Below, piece by piece: positions 39,276 to 49,417 of a DNA stretch of 56,834 nt. Position 1 is the stretch's first letter, and the number at the start of each line of letters is the position of its first letter. Made by a program: the position numbers and the translations under genes. The stretch is from an uncultured virus (IMG/VR IMGVR_UViG_3300042471_001823) (taxonomy: Duplodnaviria; Heunggongvirae; Uroviricota; Caudoviricetes): IMG/VR virus record IMGVR_UViG_3300042471_001823; one strand, given 5' to 3'. Under the pieces are notes generated by a model. The model worked only from the letters and a program-made list of their open reading frames with translations. It was not told the DNA's origin and ran no database searches.

Positions 39276-39713
39276 CTAAAACTCATACTGATGAAACAAC
39301 GTATTCCGATTATACGTGTAAGTACAATCCTTGACAACAATGCTTTTATCGCTAGATGAAATATCCCCCTTGATCACAATCGTGGTTTCATTGGACTCAA
39401 TGACTTCACCCTCAACGTCAAAAACCGCAAACATTTCGTGCTTGGCTACAGTTTTATTGCCAAGATTAACTTGACCTTCTTTGTTTGGGGCTTCAGTACC
39501 ATCGAGGGACACTGTAACTTTCCACAAGGCGAATGGAATAAGGATACCTGTGTCAGTCTTAAAGCCTTTGCCTTGAGTCATGGACTTGATCAGCAGTCCC
39601 GAAATATGGCAAGTCAGGGCAACTTGTTGCGGTGCGGTAGGTGTGGCAATAACAGCGGTAGTAGCGCTGTCACTATTGAGGGGTTTTCTGTTTCCTGATG
39701 GAAGTCTAGCCAT
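39276..39713 (-). CDS. Hypothetical protein
   Basis: ORF coupled to upstream gene. Confidence 0.6.
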   Translation of the reverse strand: MARLPSGNRKPLNSDSATTAVIATPTAPQQVALTCHISGLLIKSMTQGKGFKTDTGILIPFALWKVTVSLDGTEAPNKEGQVNLGNKTVAKHEMFAVFDVEGEVIESNETTIVIKGDISSSDKSIVVKDCTYTYNRNTLFHQYEF

Positions 39714-40017
39714 TTTTTAACACCTCACTCATTTCTAATAGTTGTAACTGCAAAAACAATTTCCGAAAAATTTGGAACTTTTCGCATTCAAACCATGAAA
39801 ACACGAAATTTTGTACAGCACCACTAGGGGTAACCACAACAACCCCTAGGCTATTCCCTAGGTCTTGCATCTCTACAAGCCATCCTTGTCTATATGGCAT
39901 GACAGCCATAGGATAACCGTCATCGGATAATCTGATGGCTTCTGCATCACAAGCAAAGTTGTGGTATAGGAGTTTTGTGTAGAAGTCATGAATTAAACTT
40001 TTTCTGGTCATTAGCAT
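39706..40017 (-). CDS. Hypothetical protein
   Basis: ORF downstream of minus-strand TTGACA (40063-40068). Confidence 0.6.
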   Translation of the reverse strand: MLMTRKSLIHDFYTKLLYHNFACDAEAIRLSDDGYPMAVMPYRQGWLVEMQDLGNSLGVVVVTPSGAVQNFVFSWFECEKFQIFRKLFLQLQLLEMSEVLKNG

Positions 40018-40147
40018 TTACTATAAATGAATACTTAATAAATACCAAAAATAACTGTTATTTGTCAATACCGAAAATAGTTTGATTTAGGTATTGACAA
40101 ATAATCGATTGATTGGGAAAATAAAAGTATTGATTGAGGTGCATGTA

Positions 40148-40582
40148 TTGAACGTATCTAACGAAAAGTCGGCTCCCGTGCTTGAAATCCATAAAGTTGC
40201 TGCTAAGTGGTGGGCGGATTGGCTAAGAGGTAAAAAGAAGCCGTTCAATTCGGCTGGATTAGAAGGATCACACGCTTTGATCGCTGAAGCTTTGATGGGT
40301 CAAAATGCAGATCAATTTGAATCAACACAAATTAATTTGTTTGAAGAAGTTTTGGCTCAAAAAATTGCTGAAATGGATTTACAAGATAAACCCTATCCTG
40401 TTATTGTTTCGGTGGATTATCATCCTGATGACACGCTTACTTTTGCTGCTAAAAAAGCAGGGTTAAATGTGTGGCTTGGAGAGTTCCCATTTAAAACTAG
40501 TTTGTGGATTGAAGGTGGCACGATCAAAGCGCGTGTTGGTTATAGTAGCGAAAGCAAACAAATTTATCCAGAATTAAATTGA
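40148..40582 (+). CDS. Conserved phage-type hypothetical protein
   Basis: AAKWWADWL...VDYHPD..L..AA...FPFKT; the track start (40094) is the -35 box, so TTG at 40148 after GAGG is preferred. Confidence 0.65.
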   Translation: MNVSNEKSAPVLEIHKVAAKWWADWLRGKKKPFNSAGLEGSHALIAEALMGQNADQFESTQINLFEEVLAQKIAEMDLQDKPYPVIVSVDYHPDDTLTFAAKKAGLNVWLGEFPFKTSLWIEGGTIKARVGYSSESKQIYPELN

Positions 40583-40656
40583 TTTTATTTCTACCCAACA
40601 AAAAAGACCTTGATCAGAAAAATCAAGGTCTTTTTTGTTGCTGAAATTAATTGAAG

Positions 40657-41034
40657 TTATGCACTCACCCCCGCATTGACATACAAGGTATTCAGATTAG
40701 TATTAACCGTGTACCCTTTATCTAATGGCGTAGCAGTAGACGGATAAACAAACGGTGCAGCATTGGCAGTAGACAACGAAGTAGGATCATAAGTTGTAGC
40801 GCCATTGGCACTGAACTCAGCAGATGTGACCTTACAGCGGTAGTTGATTGCTGCCACCTCTGGAGTTAAGGCAACCGCTTGGATAAGCCGTAATTGACCG
40901 TTGACGGTTGCGTAAATGTGAACCAAGAATCTACCATTGCTGCTGTCCTCAAACAGTTTAGCCGTCAAATCCGACATGGTTCGAGTAGTAGTGGTTGATG
41001 CTTTTGGCTGTTGAAATACTGTAGAAATTGCCAT
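40657..41034 (-). CDS. Small Thr/Ala-rich putative structural protein
   Basis: Composition; follows 262-aa structural-like gene. Confidence 0.5.
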   Translation of the reverse strand: MAISTVFQQPKASTTTTRTMSDLTAKLFEDSSNGRFLVHIYATVNGQLRLIQAVALTPEVAAINYRCKVTSAEFSANGATTYDPTSLSTANAAPFVYPSTATPLDKGYTVNTNLNTLYVNAGVSA

Positions 41035-41072
41035 TGATTTATGTTATTTCCTAGGGTTGGTATTTGACAAAA

Positions 41073-41861
41073 TTAGCACTTAACAATCTGACCAGTCCAA
41101 ACCATGTCATAAGGTAAGCATTGGCTGCCATCGTAGGCTACTGCATAGGTGGTGTTGACCTGATCACTGCCAAATGTAACTTGAGAACCATCTAACACAA
41201 ACTGACCAGCATTGGCTTGTAGGCGCATGACATAGTTACTAGAGTCAATAAAAGTCAACACGATACCAACTTGACCCACATCGGTACTAGACAGCTTGCG
41301 TACACCATCTAAAGTTTGGGGCACACGCCATGACTTCTGGTAACCCGTTAAGTTATCAGAAAATTTCATCGCGCCGTTAGCACCTTGGGCAAAGGAATCA
41401 TCAGTAGCTGGGTTAAACGTCGCATAAGGTTGGCGGGTCAATGCGATTGTGTGACCATCGGGACCAAACGCTGAGGCAATCGCATTGGGATTGTCAGCAG
41501 CTAATCCATAACCATCAACCCCAGCCTCAGCACCAGTCACACTGTCAACTAAAACGCGGTTGCGTCCATAAAAAGTAGCCACGCCATCAACATCAGCAAA
41601 AATGCGTCCCAACAGAATTTCAATAATTTCTTGGCTTAACCCTGGAAATGACATCTTGATCTTTGGCATTTCTTCGGTGACTTGCCGGAATGTCTCAACC
41701 ATTACACCCGTTTGAGACGATGCAGTTCTTACTAATTCTTTCAATCCGGTGTCAAGTTCGATTGATTTTGGCGTTTCCACTACCCGCAAAATACTGTTAT
41801 GGTACAACAATAAATTGGTAGGCAGTGGTTTAAGCAAACGACTAGCAATTGTCTTTCCCAT
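41073..41861 (-). CDS. Putative major tail tube-like protein
   Basis: 262 aa Gly/Ala/Thr/Asp-rich beta protein; size and pattern only. Confidence 0.45.
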   Translation of the reverse strand: MGKTIASRLLKPLPTNLLLYHNSILRVVETPKSIELDTGLKELVRTASSQTGVMVETFRQVTEEMPKIKMSFPGLSQEIIEILLGRIFADVDGVATFYGRNRVLVDSVTGAEAGVDGYGLAADNPNAIASAFGPDGHTIALTRQPYATFNPATDDSFAQGANGAMKFSDNLTGYQKSWRVPQTLDGVRKLSSTDVGQVGIVLTFIDSSNYVMRLQANAGQFVLDGSQVTFGSDQVNTTYAVAYDGSQCLPYDMVWTGQIVKC

Positions 41862-41909
41862 TCCCCTATTCCCCTAAATCCGATATTATCAATCTAGCAT
41901 ACTACCACG

Positions 41910-42461
41910 TTATTTGTTTGGCTTTTGCTTGATTGGCTGAGGCGGGTTTAATGCGTTTATAGACATATTCAAAGCCCAATGAATAATCTCGGTATGATTA
42001 AAAGCTAAACAAGCGCTTTTCCATGAAAGATCGGAACCCGACACTTGCATCCATACCGCTTCGGTCGTTTCGGTTGTATCAGGTTTTAAATTTGGTAGTG
42101 CATCAACGGTGCAATGAACAACAAATCTTAGTGATACCGTTTCATTCTCCGCAGGATTGGGATCGCTGATTACTGCGTCAGGCTGTGGGTTTACCCCAAA
42201 ACAATAATCAGACAATTTGATCCCTAACTCTTCAAACACTTCACGCTCAACCGCTTCTGATGCTGACTCACCCCAATCAAGAAAACCGCAAGGGATACCA
42301 AAAAAGTTAGGGTAAAGATTCATGGTTGACGATCGCCTGCCTAATGGTACATAAGTCAATCCGTTGCAGTGAAACAATGGAATAGCCACTACTGCGATAC
42401 TGCGAGAAATCCAATATTGGTTTCCATCATTGGCTTCAATCACAAAATTTGGTTTATGCAT
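41910..42461 (-). CDS. Nudix hydrolase
   Basis: Nudix box GFLDWGESASEAVEREVFEELGI; LAFNH. Confidence 0.92.
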   Translation of the reverse strand: MHKPNFVIEANDGNQYWISRSIAVVAIPLFHCNGLTYVPLGRRSSTMNLYPNFFGIPCGFLDWGESASEAVEREVFEELGIKLSDYCFGVNPQPDAVISDPNPAENETVSLRFVVHCTVDALPNLKPDTTETTEAVWMQVSGSDLSWKSACLAFNHTEIIHWALNMSINALNPPQPIKQKPNK

Positions 42462-42609
42462 ATAGTTATTATTTTTCTTGATTTACGATAATGAATCAAT
42501 AATTCTGCGTTATAATTAGTTTAACAGGGTAATTCCTCCTGTGAAATTAATTATACAGACCCGCCTGCGCTATTAGGCGGGTCTGTTGTTTGATGCGTAT
42601 TAAGTGTAA

Positions 42610-42960
42610 TTAGGTTGTCGCGTCACAGTTTTTAGGCATTCTCTCAACACGCCACCCATTAGGATCTAAAACAGCGTATTGTTCCTGTGTAATCAACTGG
42701 TATCCGTTTTCAATTGGTTGCAAGCATCCTAATTTCATCAGTCCGTTTGCAAATGTTATCAAATCATTTTCGTGGGCAATGGGCACGGTTAATTCTGGGT
42801 GTTCATAGATTGCCCCAAACTCTAAAGCAATAAACGAATTGTCAAACCGTGAATAAAACAGCGTCTTGCCATCCTCAATGTCAATGGAATAGCCTTCATC
42901 GGTTTGCTTTACAATTTCATGGGCAATGCAGTGATCAAGAAAAGTTTTGGTTAGGGACAT
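42610..42960 (-). CDS. Hypothetical protein
   Basis: ORF with downstream hairpin near 42555-42586. Confidence 0.6.
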   Translation of the reverse strand: MSLTKTFLDHCIAHEIVKQTDEGYSIDIEDGKTLFYSRFDNSFIALEFGAIYEHPELTVPIAHENDLITFANGLMKLGCLQPIENGYQLITQEQYAVLDPNGWRVERMPKNCDATT

Positions 42961-43140
42961 GGTGAAGTTAGGGGGATAAACTTTACTTATAATACATTAA
43001 TTAATTGATACGGGATAGTGATTGATTGGTAGTGATTTATGTATTGACAAATAATAATAATCAATCTATTGTTGTCTTATGGTTAACAAAAAAACAAAAA
43101 AGGTTGATCAAAATTATCAAGTTAGCGGAGCTAAAAAAAT

Positions 43141-43422
43141 ATGTCTGTTGAACGCACTTCTATAGAAGATTCCCTTCATGTTGATATAGAATTAAAAGAA
43201 TCAGGAGATGACTGGCTGTGTGGTGCGCAGATTGCAACACATCTTTTGACAGGAGCTACTTTTGTAGAAATTACGCTTGCCCGTCACCTTCAATTTGACA
43301 AGCAAACACAAAGTTTTAATGAGGAATTTATTTCTAAGCTTGAATTCTTGTCTGCCGATGGAAAAATCTTCTTTGTTGAAACGAAAAATGACACTCTTGT
43401 GGTAGGCGATATACCAATATAA
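43141..43422 (+). CDS. Small acidic hypothetical protein (cassette)
   Basis: TTGACA-17-TATTGT at 43044, GGAG RBS, terminator near 43434-43478. Confidence 0.7.
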   Translation: MSVERTSIEDSLHVDIELKESGDDWLCGAQIATHLLTGATFVEITLARHLQFDKQTQSFNEEFISKLEFLSADGKIFFVETKNDTLVVGDIPI

Positions 43423-43554
43423 TTTTTTTAGCAACACAAAAAAACGGTAGTACGAATTTACTACCGTTTTTTTGTGTTGATCGGCAATGATTTATATATT
43501 GACAAATAATAATAATTGGCTTATTGTATTGTTAAATTAACAGGATCAAAAGAA

Positions 43555-43773
43555 ATGGCTGTTGAACCTAATGATTACAAGCGTTTGGCGATTGCAACAT
43601 ACGCTAAATGCGTAAAAAATTTGTTGGAAATATCCACATTCATTGGAATTGATTTCAATAATGAATGTGGACACATTGTACGGCTTAAATTTAAAAAGCC
43701 CGACGGTGAAGAGTTTGTTATTGAAGCGCAAAATCATGATGGTTTTGACTTCCCTTTTCTTGTAATGAAATAA
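43555..43773 (+). CDS. Small hypothetical protein (cassette)
   Basis: TTGACA-17-TATTGT at 43499; ATG at 43555; terminator near 43784-43834. Confidence 0.65.
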   Translation: MAVEPNDYKRLAIATYAKCVKNLLEISTFIGIDFNNECGHIVRLKFKKPDGEEFVIEAQNHDGFDFPFLVMK

Positions 43774-43864
43774 CGGATTTTTGACACAACAAAAAAACGG
43801 TGGTAAATTTGTGCCACCGTTTTTTTTGTTGTGTGCATACACCCCTAGAAAAAGAGCAACCTAC

Positions 43865-44395
43865 TCAAATAGCCATTGCTCTCAACTTATTCACAACCAT
43901 CGCCGCTGGCACGCGCTGAGAAGCAAATGTTACAGGCTTGGACACCCCTAACTGTTCACGGTAGAACCACGCCTTTTTGTTGTGGTATGAGTAACGATCT
44001 GTTAAAAAATTACCAACATCAGGGTAGTCAGCGTTATTCATTGGCTTTACCAACCCATTGGCTTGATTTGCTAACAACTGATGCCCCTGAATCGCCACTG
44101 CCATCGCATCTTCATAGTGTGAGACATCAGGACTAAACAAAAGCGTGGATTTGTCCAAGTTAGCAATCGGTGCATCAGGGGTAATGCCCATTGTATGGAT
44201 AGCCAACTCGCTGTATCCATCAATCGAACCAGACACACTTTGGTAGTCTTCTCCCAAAAACGGATGGATTGCAATAAAATTCCCTCTCAGCAAAAAATGC
44301 AAAAGACGCAATTGCTCGCCAAATACAAAGGTGTTAATCAGCAGTTGATTGTACTCACGAATCAAATCAAAGTCGTCCATCTTTTCGCCTCTCAC
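43865..44395 (-). CDS. dps: Dps/ferritin-like protein
   Basis: LHFLLRGNFIAIHPFLGEDY....IDGYSE matches Dps H..H..D..E ferroxidase pattern; C-terminal HNKKAWF. Confidence 0.75.
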   Translation of the reverse strand: MRGEKMDDFDLIREYNQLLINTFVFGEQLRLLHFLLRGNFIAIHPFLGEDYQSVSGSIDGYSELAIHTMGITPDAPIANLDKSTLLFSPDVSHYEDAMAVAIQGHQLLANQANGLVKPMNNADYPDVGNFLTDRYSYHNKKAWFYREQLGVSKPVTFASQRVPAAMVVNKLRAMAI

Positions 44396-44438
44396 TATAT
44401 TTTCATCCGTCAGTATATCAGACCCGCTTTTGTTGGTT

Positions 44439-45938
44439 AAAGTTTACACTCTTATTATTTTCACTTTCTTCTCTAAAAATGGGTGCTTTTTCGTTAAAAA
44501 CTAATCATCTTAACAATGGGTTGTCAGTTTATTTTAAGCGCATTTTTCTAGAAAAAATTAGAGAACTTTCAGCTAAATCCCACATTCTTCTTCAGATCTC
44601 CCTTATACAGATCTTATTCAAGTTTGAAAACTTGGTTTTAGTCTGAGATGTGGGTTGCCTGTTTTTTGAAACCTAGGTCAAGGGAGTTGGCATCAAGTCG
44701 AAAAACTACGGTTAAAATTTTGGCTTATATGCAATTAGTTGCAGCTATGGCTTAATTTTCGGTATGCAACTAATTGCACAAACCCTAGTAATAACTCAGT
44801 TCATGACATGCGGTTAATTGCCTCAATTTCTTAGATAAATTTCACTTCCTTCCTTGAGTTGGTGGTTTGAGTCACTAAAAAGCAGAGTGAAAAATATATG
44901 ACAAGAATCAAGGATTTTTAGCTAGTTTTCTTGGAACTTTTAGCTAAATCCCACATTCTTCCTCGGATCTCCCTTATACAGATCTTATTCAAGTTTTTAA
45001 CTTGGTTTTCAATCTGAGGCATGAGCCTTGGTTTTTTGATTTTGACTTGGGATTAAAATTTGAGGAGCTGGCAAAATCCAAAAGCGGTAATCTTGGCTTA
45101 TATGCAATTAGTTGTATACCCTAAACATGCAATCCAAGTTTAAAATATGCAACTAATTGCATACCCTAGGTTTAAATTACATGCTTTAAGTTTAGATAAA
45201 TTTCGTTTTCTTCCTCATATTCCCCTTATACAGATCTTAGTATTGATTTTTTAACTTGGTTTTTTAATCTGAGGGATGAGCCGTGATTTTCAAGCTAAGG
45301 GTTGGACATTAGTAAAACTTGATTTTAGATTTTGGGCTTAACCTAGGGTTTGGCTTTAACCACTGGCTTGCAAACCCCATCCTTAAGCATGGCTCACAAA
45401 CATCGCTTTAAGTAGAAACTTCCTACCAACTTACAAACCCACTTGCATCAAAAACACGGATATACGCTCTATTACCCTAAAACCGGCGCTTAAAGACGTT
45501 TAATTTACTTCTAAGTACTAAGAGATGGTTAAGAGTAAAATAGGGGCATTAGAAACGATTTTAAAGGCAAGTGATTAAAGTCTGGGGCGATCACTTGTAA
45601 GGTAGTCCAAAGTCATAAGCCTAGGTTTTAAAGCAAGTCAAAATTAAAGCAAGTCAAAATTAGAGGCATCGGTTTTAAGCCTGAGCTAAGTTAATCAACA
45701 AGGTGCATAAGCCTAGTTTTTGTTCCATTGCGTCCGCACCTCAGTCCAAAAAAAAACCAAGTTTAAAAACTTGAATAAGATCTGTATAAGGGGGATTTGA
45801 AGAAGAATGTGGGATTTGGCTGAAAGTTTTCTAACTTTTTCCAGAAAAATTCACTTAAAATCAACTGATAATCCATTGTTAAGATAATTAGTTTTTAACG
45901 AAAAAGCACCCATTTTTGAGGAAGAAAGTGAAAATAAT
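44439..45938. repeat. Dispersed inverted-arm non-coding element, copy C (longest)
   Basis: Collinear with B; cores at 44600+, 44971+, 45223+, 45776-; four TGCAA-N4-TTG(C/T)A palindromes. Confidence 0.92.
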
Positions 45939-46159
45939 ATAAAACCCACTAGACTTACTCTAGTGGGTTTTAAGGTAAATTTAGCGGGTCATGGGTCAAC
46001 GACTAAAACCCAACACCTAATAATTAGGTTCCCAGATCTTGATTACCACGCTATTGGGGTTAGCGCCCATCGCCTTAAGCTTGGCAACAATGTGTTTGAT
46101 TTCATGGGGATAGTAATAGGACTTTTGGACAAAGGATTGAGATTGAGGTGATTCTGACA

Positions 46160-46345
46160 TGGTTAGTAAATTGGTAAGTAATTAATAAGCTAGTAAGTGG
46201 CTAGTAAATTGGTAAGCGATTAATAGGTCGGCAAGTGATTAATAGGTCGGTAAGTGGTCAGTAAGTGGGTAAATGGCTGGCAAGTTGGCAAGTGATTAGT
46301 GATTGATAGGTTGGCAAGCGGCTAGTAAACTAGCAAGTGATTGTT
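46160..46345. repeat. Degenerate short tandem repeat (GG(C/T)AAGTG/ATTAATAGG units)
   Basis: Low-complexity, strand-biased array read directly. Confidence 0.65.
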
Positions 46346-46560
46346 AGGTTAATGGTCAAGTCGCCAACCATGTGCAACAGGGATAATCATAACCCCAAAA
46401 ACATTATACCAAATTAATTGATAAAAGGTATTGACAAAAAACGGGATATGATGCGATTATATAAATGCCTAGGTAATAGGTTCTTTACTTCACTCGTACC
46501 ACTTAACTTGTATTTTAATCTGCCTGTTCCTAGGCTGTACCACTTACTACGTATAACTTT

Positions 46561-47808
46561 ATGTCTTTTTCTTTAGAATCATTCCCCTTTGTTTCTTCTC
46601 TCTCCATTGAATCCACCCGTGTAAAGCGGTCTTTGGGGTGGTTGCTAAGTCAGGCTTATGCAGCCTATGGGGAAAACTGGCAAGCTGCATGTCCTGAGTT
46701 GACAGCCTATGAGGAGTTGCTTTATGCAATCGGCTATGACGCTCAGTTAGACGAGAGCGGTGAAAACCTTGCAGAGCCAGACGCTCCCGAAAACAAGCAT
46801 GTTACCATTGTTGGCGAGAATGTTGAGGGCGTAATCATCCCAAAAGCCATTTACGGTCCTACCATTGGACTGATTGATGGACAGGTTTGCATTGCATTTG
46901 GCGGGTATACAGCACCGATTCGAGTTTTGACTGGCAGCGAAAAGGATGCCAACCCCGATCTTGACCTGTACTCATTCCAGTGCGGGATTGCATTGGGTTT
47001 GTTTAAAATCACGACAAAAGAGCGTGACGATAAAACCAAGGTCAACTATCTTGAAGCTGAGTTTACGATTCCTGCGTCTGATTTTGCGCCTCAGTTGACT
47101 TGCACCGTTGGTTGCAATGTCCGTAAAGAAGACGGTAAATATATCGCGTTGACCGCCACCGATGCCAACAAGGTATTGAAAAAGCCAACTGAAATTTTAG
47201 CGCCCATTGGCGGTGGCGATTTTGCAATCATCGGTGAGTACAGCGCTAAAGACGCTATTCGTACTCAGTACGTCAAGGATGGTGTGATCCAGCTTAATAG
47301 TGAGCGGCAGCCCATCATGATTCCTTTCAAGATGAAGGATATTTTGAAGGGGCGTGACTCTACTACTATTTTTGTCAAAGGGTTGGCAGTCAGTCAGGCT
47401 GAAAATGAAGACGGTGACAAGTTTTGGAATGTAAATGCTCACCTTCTTAGCAACGAGCTTGTAGCACTCAATAGCGCAGCCAAGAATGATGTGATTGCAG
47501 TCGCTAAAGCTGGGGCTGGTGAAGGCAAGGAAATGGACTGGGATGGTATTAAAACTGCATTGGAAAATCGGTTTAAATTTCCGTTCAAGGTGGTGGTACG
47601 AAAGGCGAAAAATGGCACATCGTCAAGTATCGTCAATGAATCAGCACAGATGGCAACCAATGTGTTTGCGTCGCGCCGTGCTAATCCCACATTAAAACCC
47701 GCTACTCAAGCCCAATTGCCTAGCGCTGTCACGACTGTGGACATTCCTGCTACCACCGCCACTGTAGACCAGACCTTAGCAGCGGCTAACGTTGAGGTGA
47801 TTTGGTAG
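46561..47808 (+). CDS. Hypothetical protein, possibly replication/recombination (ssDNA-binding) associated
   Basis: 415 aa; TTGACA at 46431; upstream of Dda-like helicase; flexible C-terminal tail ending EVIW. Function is a guess. Confidence 0.5.
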   Translation: MSFSLESFPFVSSLSIESTRVKRSLGWLLSQAYAAYGENWQAACPELTAYEELLYAIGYDAQLDESGENLAEPDAPENKHVTIVGENVEGVIIPKAIYGPTIGLIDGQVCIAFGGYTAPIRVLTGSEKDANPDLDLYSFQCGIALGLFKITTKERDDKTKVNYLEAEFTIPASDFAPQLTCTVGCNVRKEDGKYIALTATDANKVLKKPTEILAPIGGGDFAIIGEYSAKDAIRTQYVKDGVIQLNSERQPIMIPFKMKDILKGRDSTTIFVKGLAVSQAENEDGDKFWNVNAHLLSNELVALNSAAKNDVIAVAKAGAGEGKEMDWDGIKTALENRFKFPFKVVVRKAKNGTSSSIVNESAQMATNVFASRRANPTLKPATQAQLPSAVTTVDIPATTATVDQTLAAANVEVIW

Positions 47809-47945
47809 ATAACAGCATCATGAACTAACAAAAGCCGATCATCATTTAACTAGCCAATCATTTGGGCGGTCAATCACTTGACTAATTAATGACTTGACTA
47901 ATCAAGTGATGATCGGCTTTTAACGACACAAAGGAACAAAAAGCA

Positions 47946-49349
47946 ATGAGTGAACTAAACGAAGGGCAGCAAGTAGCCTTTAATGGGTTAATGGCATCAC
48001 CACAGGGCACATGGTCAATGATTGATTCCCCTGCTGGTTATGGCAAGACTTTTACCGTGTCTAAAGTGTTAAAACAATTTCAGTGGCAAAATTGCAAGAT
48101 TTTGGGTTGTGCCCCAACACATCAGGCAGTGCAGATCATGAAAAAGTTTGCACAAGAAAATGGATTACACAAGGCTGAAATCACTACAATTGACAGTGCA
48201 TTAGCCCTTAGACCGTCAAGAAACAGCAGAGGGAGTAAAGAGTCATCAGACGTAGGCAGTGGCAAAATTGGCAAGTTTGACATCATTTGGATCGATGAAG
48301 CGTCAATGATTGATAACTTCAAGTGGTTGAAAATCAAAGAAAAAGTCAATCGTAACAGCAGTTTGATTTTTACTTGTGATAGGGCACAGTTCGCACCAGT
48401 ATCAGCAAAAAATCCGATGCTGTTTAGCCCTGTGATTACTGCCATTGATGATGAGAATCAGTACACATTGACTCAACCCATGAGAACACAAGGCTATGTA
48501 TTTTCTCAGGTCAACGAGATCCGAAATAAAGTACTAGAAAGTATTGAAGCTTATCAGGAAATTGTCAGGACGGGTAGCAATGAGACATTGCCAATGCCTA
48601 CCAAGATTCCAGTGATTGAGTCTGCATCAGACTTTTGCTTTGTCAGGAATGATGAGACGGTACTCAAAGCGTTGTTAGTCAAAGCTCTAGCTAGTGGCAA
48701 GACTGCTAACATCATTGCCTACCGTAATGATACCGTTGCCAAGTATAACCATGAAATTCGCTACATGGTTAAAGGGGCTGATGCTCCTGAGTTTATGGCA
48801 GATGATGAGTTGATCACCAAGACTGCCATATCCTACGGTGACGATATGATTCCCACCCGCTCTAAGCTTCGAGTCATCAGTGCTGACAAAATCACCAAAG
48901 AAACCTATTTTGGCAAAGAACTAGTAACCTTGACACGGTGGGAATTGTCTGTAGAAGTTGATGGCAAAATCTATGATTTATGCCCTGTGGCTAAAGAAGA
49001 TTTTGATATGGCGGTTTATTATATTGATTCTCTCCACAAAACATTGCTAACAGGCAATGCGTTTATCAGTGCCCATGATTTCGGTGAGCTATGCAATTCG
49101 TTGTGTATTGATGATACTGATAACCACGAGAGAGGGAATAAATCTTACAAGCCAATCCTGAGTTATGGCTACGCAATCACGGCTCACCAATCCCAAGGCT
49201 CTACTTATGATTGTTCAATTGTTCACATGAAAGATTTGAAAACAATTTTGTACAAAGGAACCGACAAAAATTTGCGTGTAGTCGATTATTGGAGATCGGT
49301 CTATGTGGCAGCGAGTCGAACTTCTAAGGTGTTGTACTTGCATGTTTAA
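47946..49349 (+). CDS. SF1B helicase, Dda/RecD2-like
   Basis: LNEGQ, PAGYGKT, APTHQA, IDEASM, DRAQF, YAITAHQSQGSTY, YVAASR. Confidence 0.93.
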   Translation: MSELNEGQQVAFNGLMASPQGTWSMIDSPAGYGKTFTVSKVLKQFQWQNCKILGCAPTHQAVQIMKKFAQENGLHKAEITTIDSALALRPSRNSRGSKESSDVGSGKIGKFDIIWIDEASMIDNFKWLKIKEKVNRNSSLIFTCDRAQFAPVSAKNPMLFSPVITAIDDENQYTLTQPMRTQGYVFSQVNEIRNKVLESIEAYQEIVRTGSNETLPMPTKIPVIESASDFCFVRNDETVLKALLVKALASGKTANIIAYRNDTVAKYNHEIRYMVKGADAPEFMADDELITKTAISYGDDMIPTRSKLRVISADKITKETYFGKELVTLTRWELSVEVDGKIYDLCPVAKEDFDMAVYYIDSLHKTLLTGNAFISAHDFGELCNSLCIDDTDNHERGNKSYKPILSYGYAITAHQSQGSTYDCSIVHMKDLKTILYKGTDKNLRVVDYWRSVYVAASRTSKVLYLHV

Positions 49350-49353
49350 CTCT

Positions 49354-49409
49354 TAACCAACAAAAAAGCTTATCCGATAGTCACAGGATAAGCTTTTTTG
49401 TTGGTTAAC
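49354..49409. terminator. Bidirectional terminator
   Basis: aaccaacaaaaaagcttatcc-loop-ggataagcttttttgttggtt. Confidence 0.8.
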
Positions 49410-49417
49410 CAATTATT

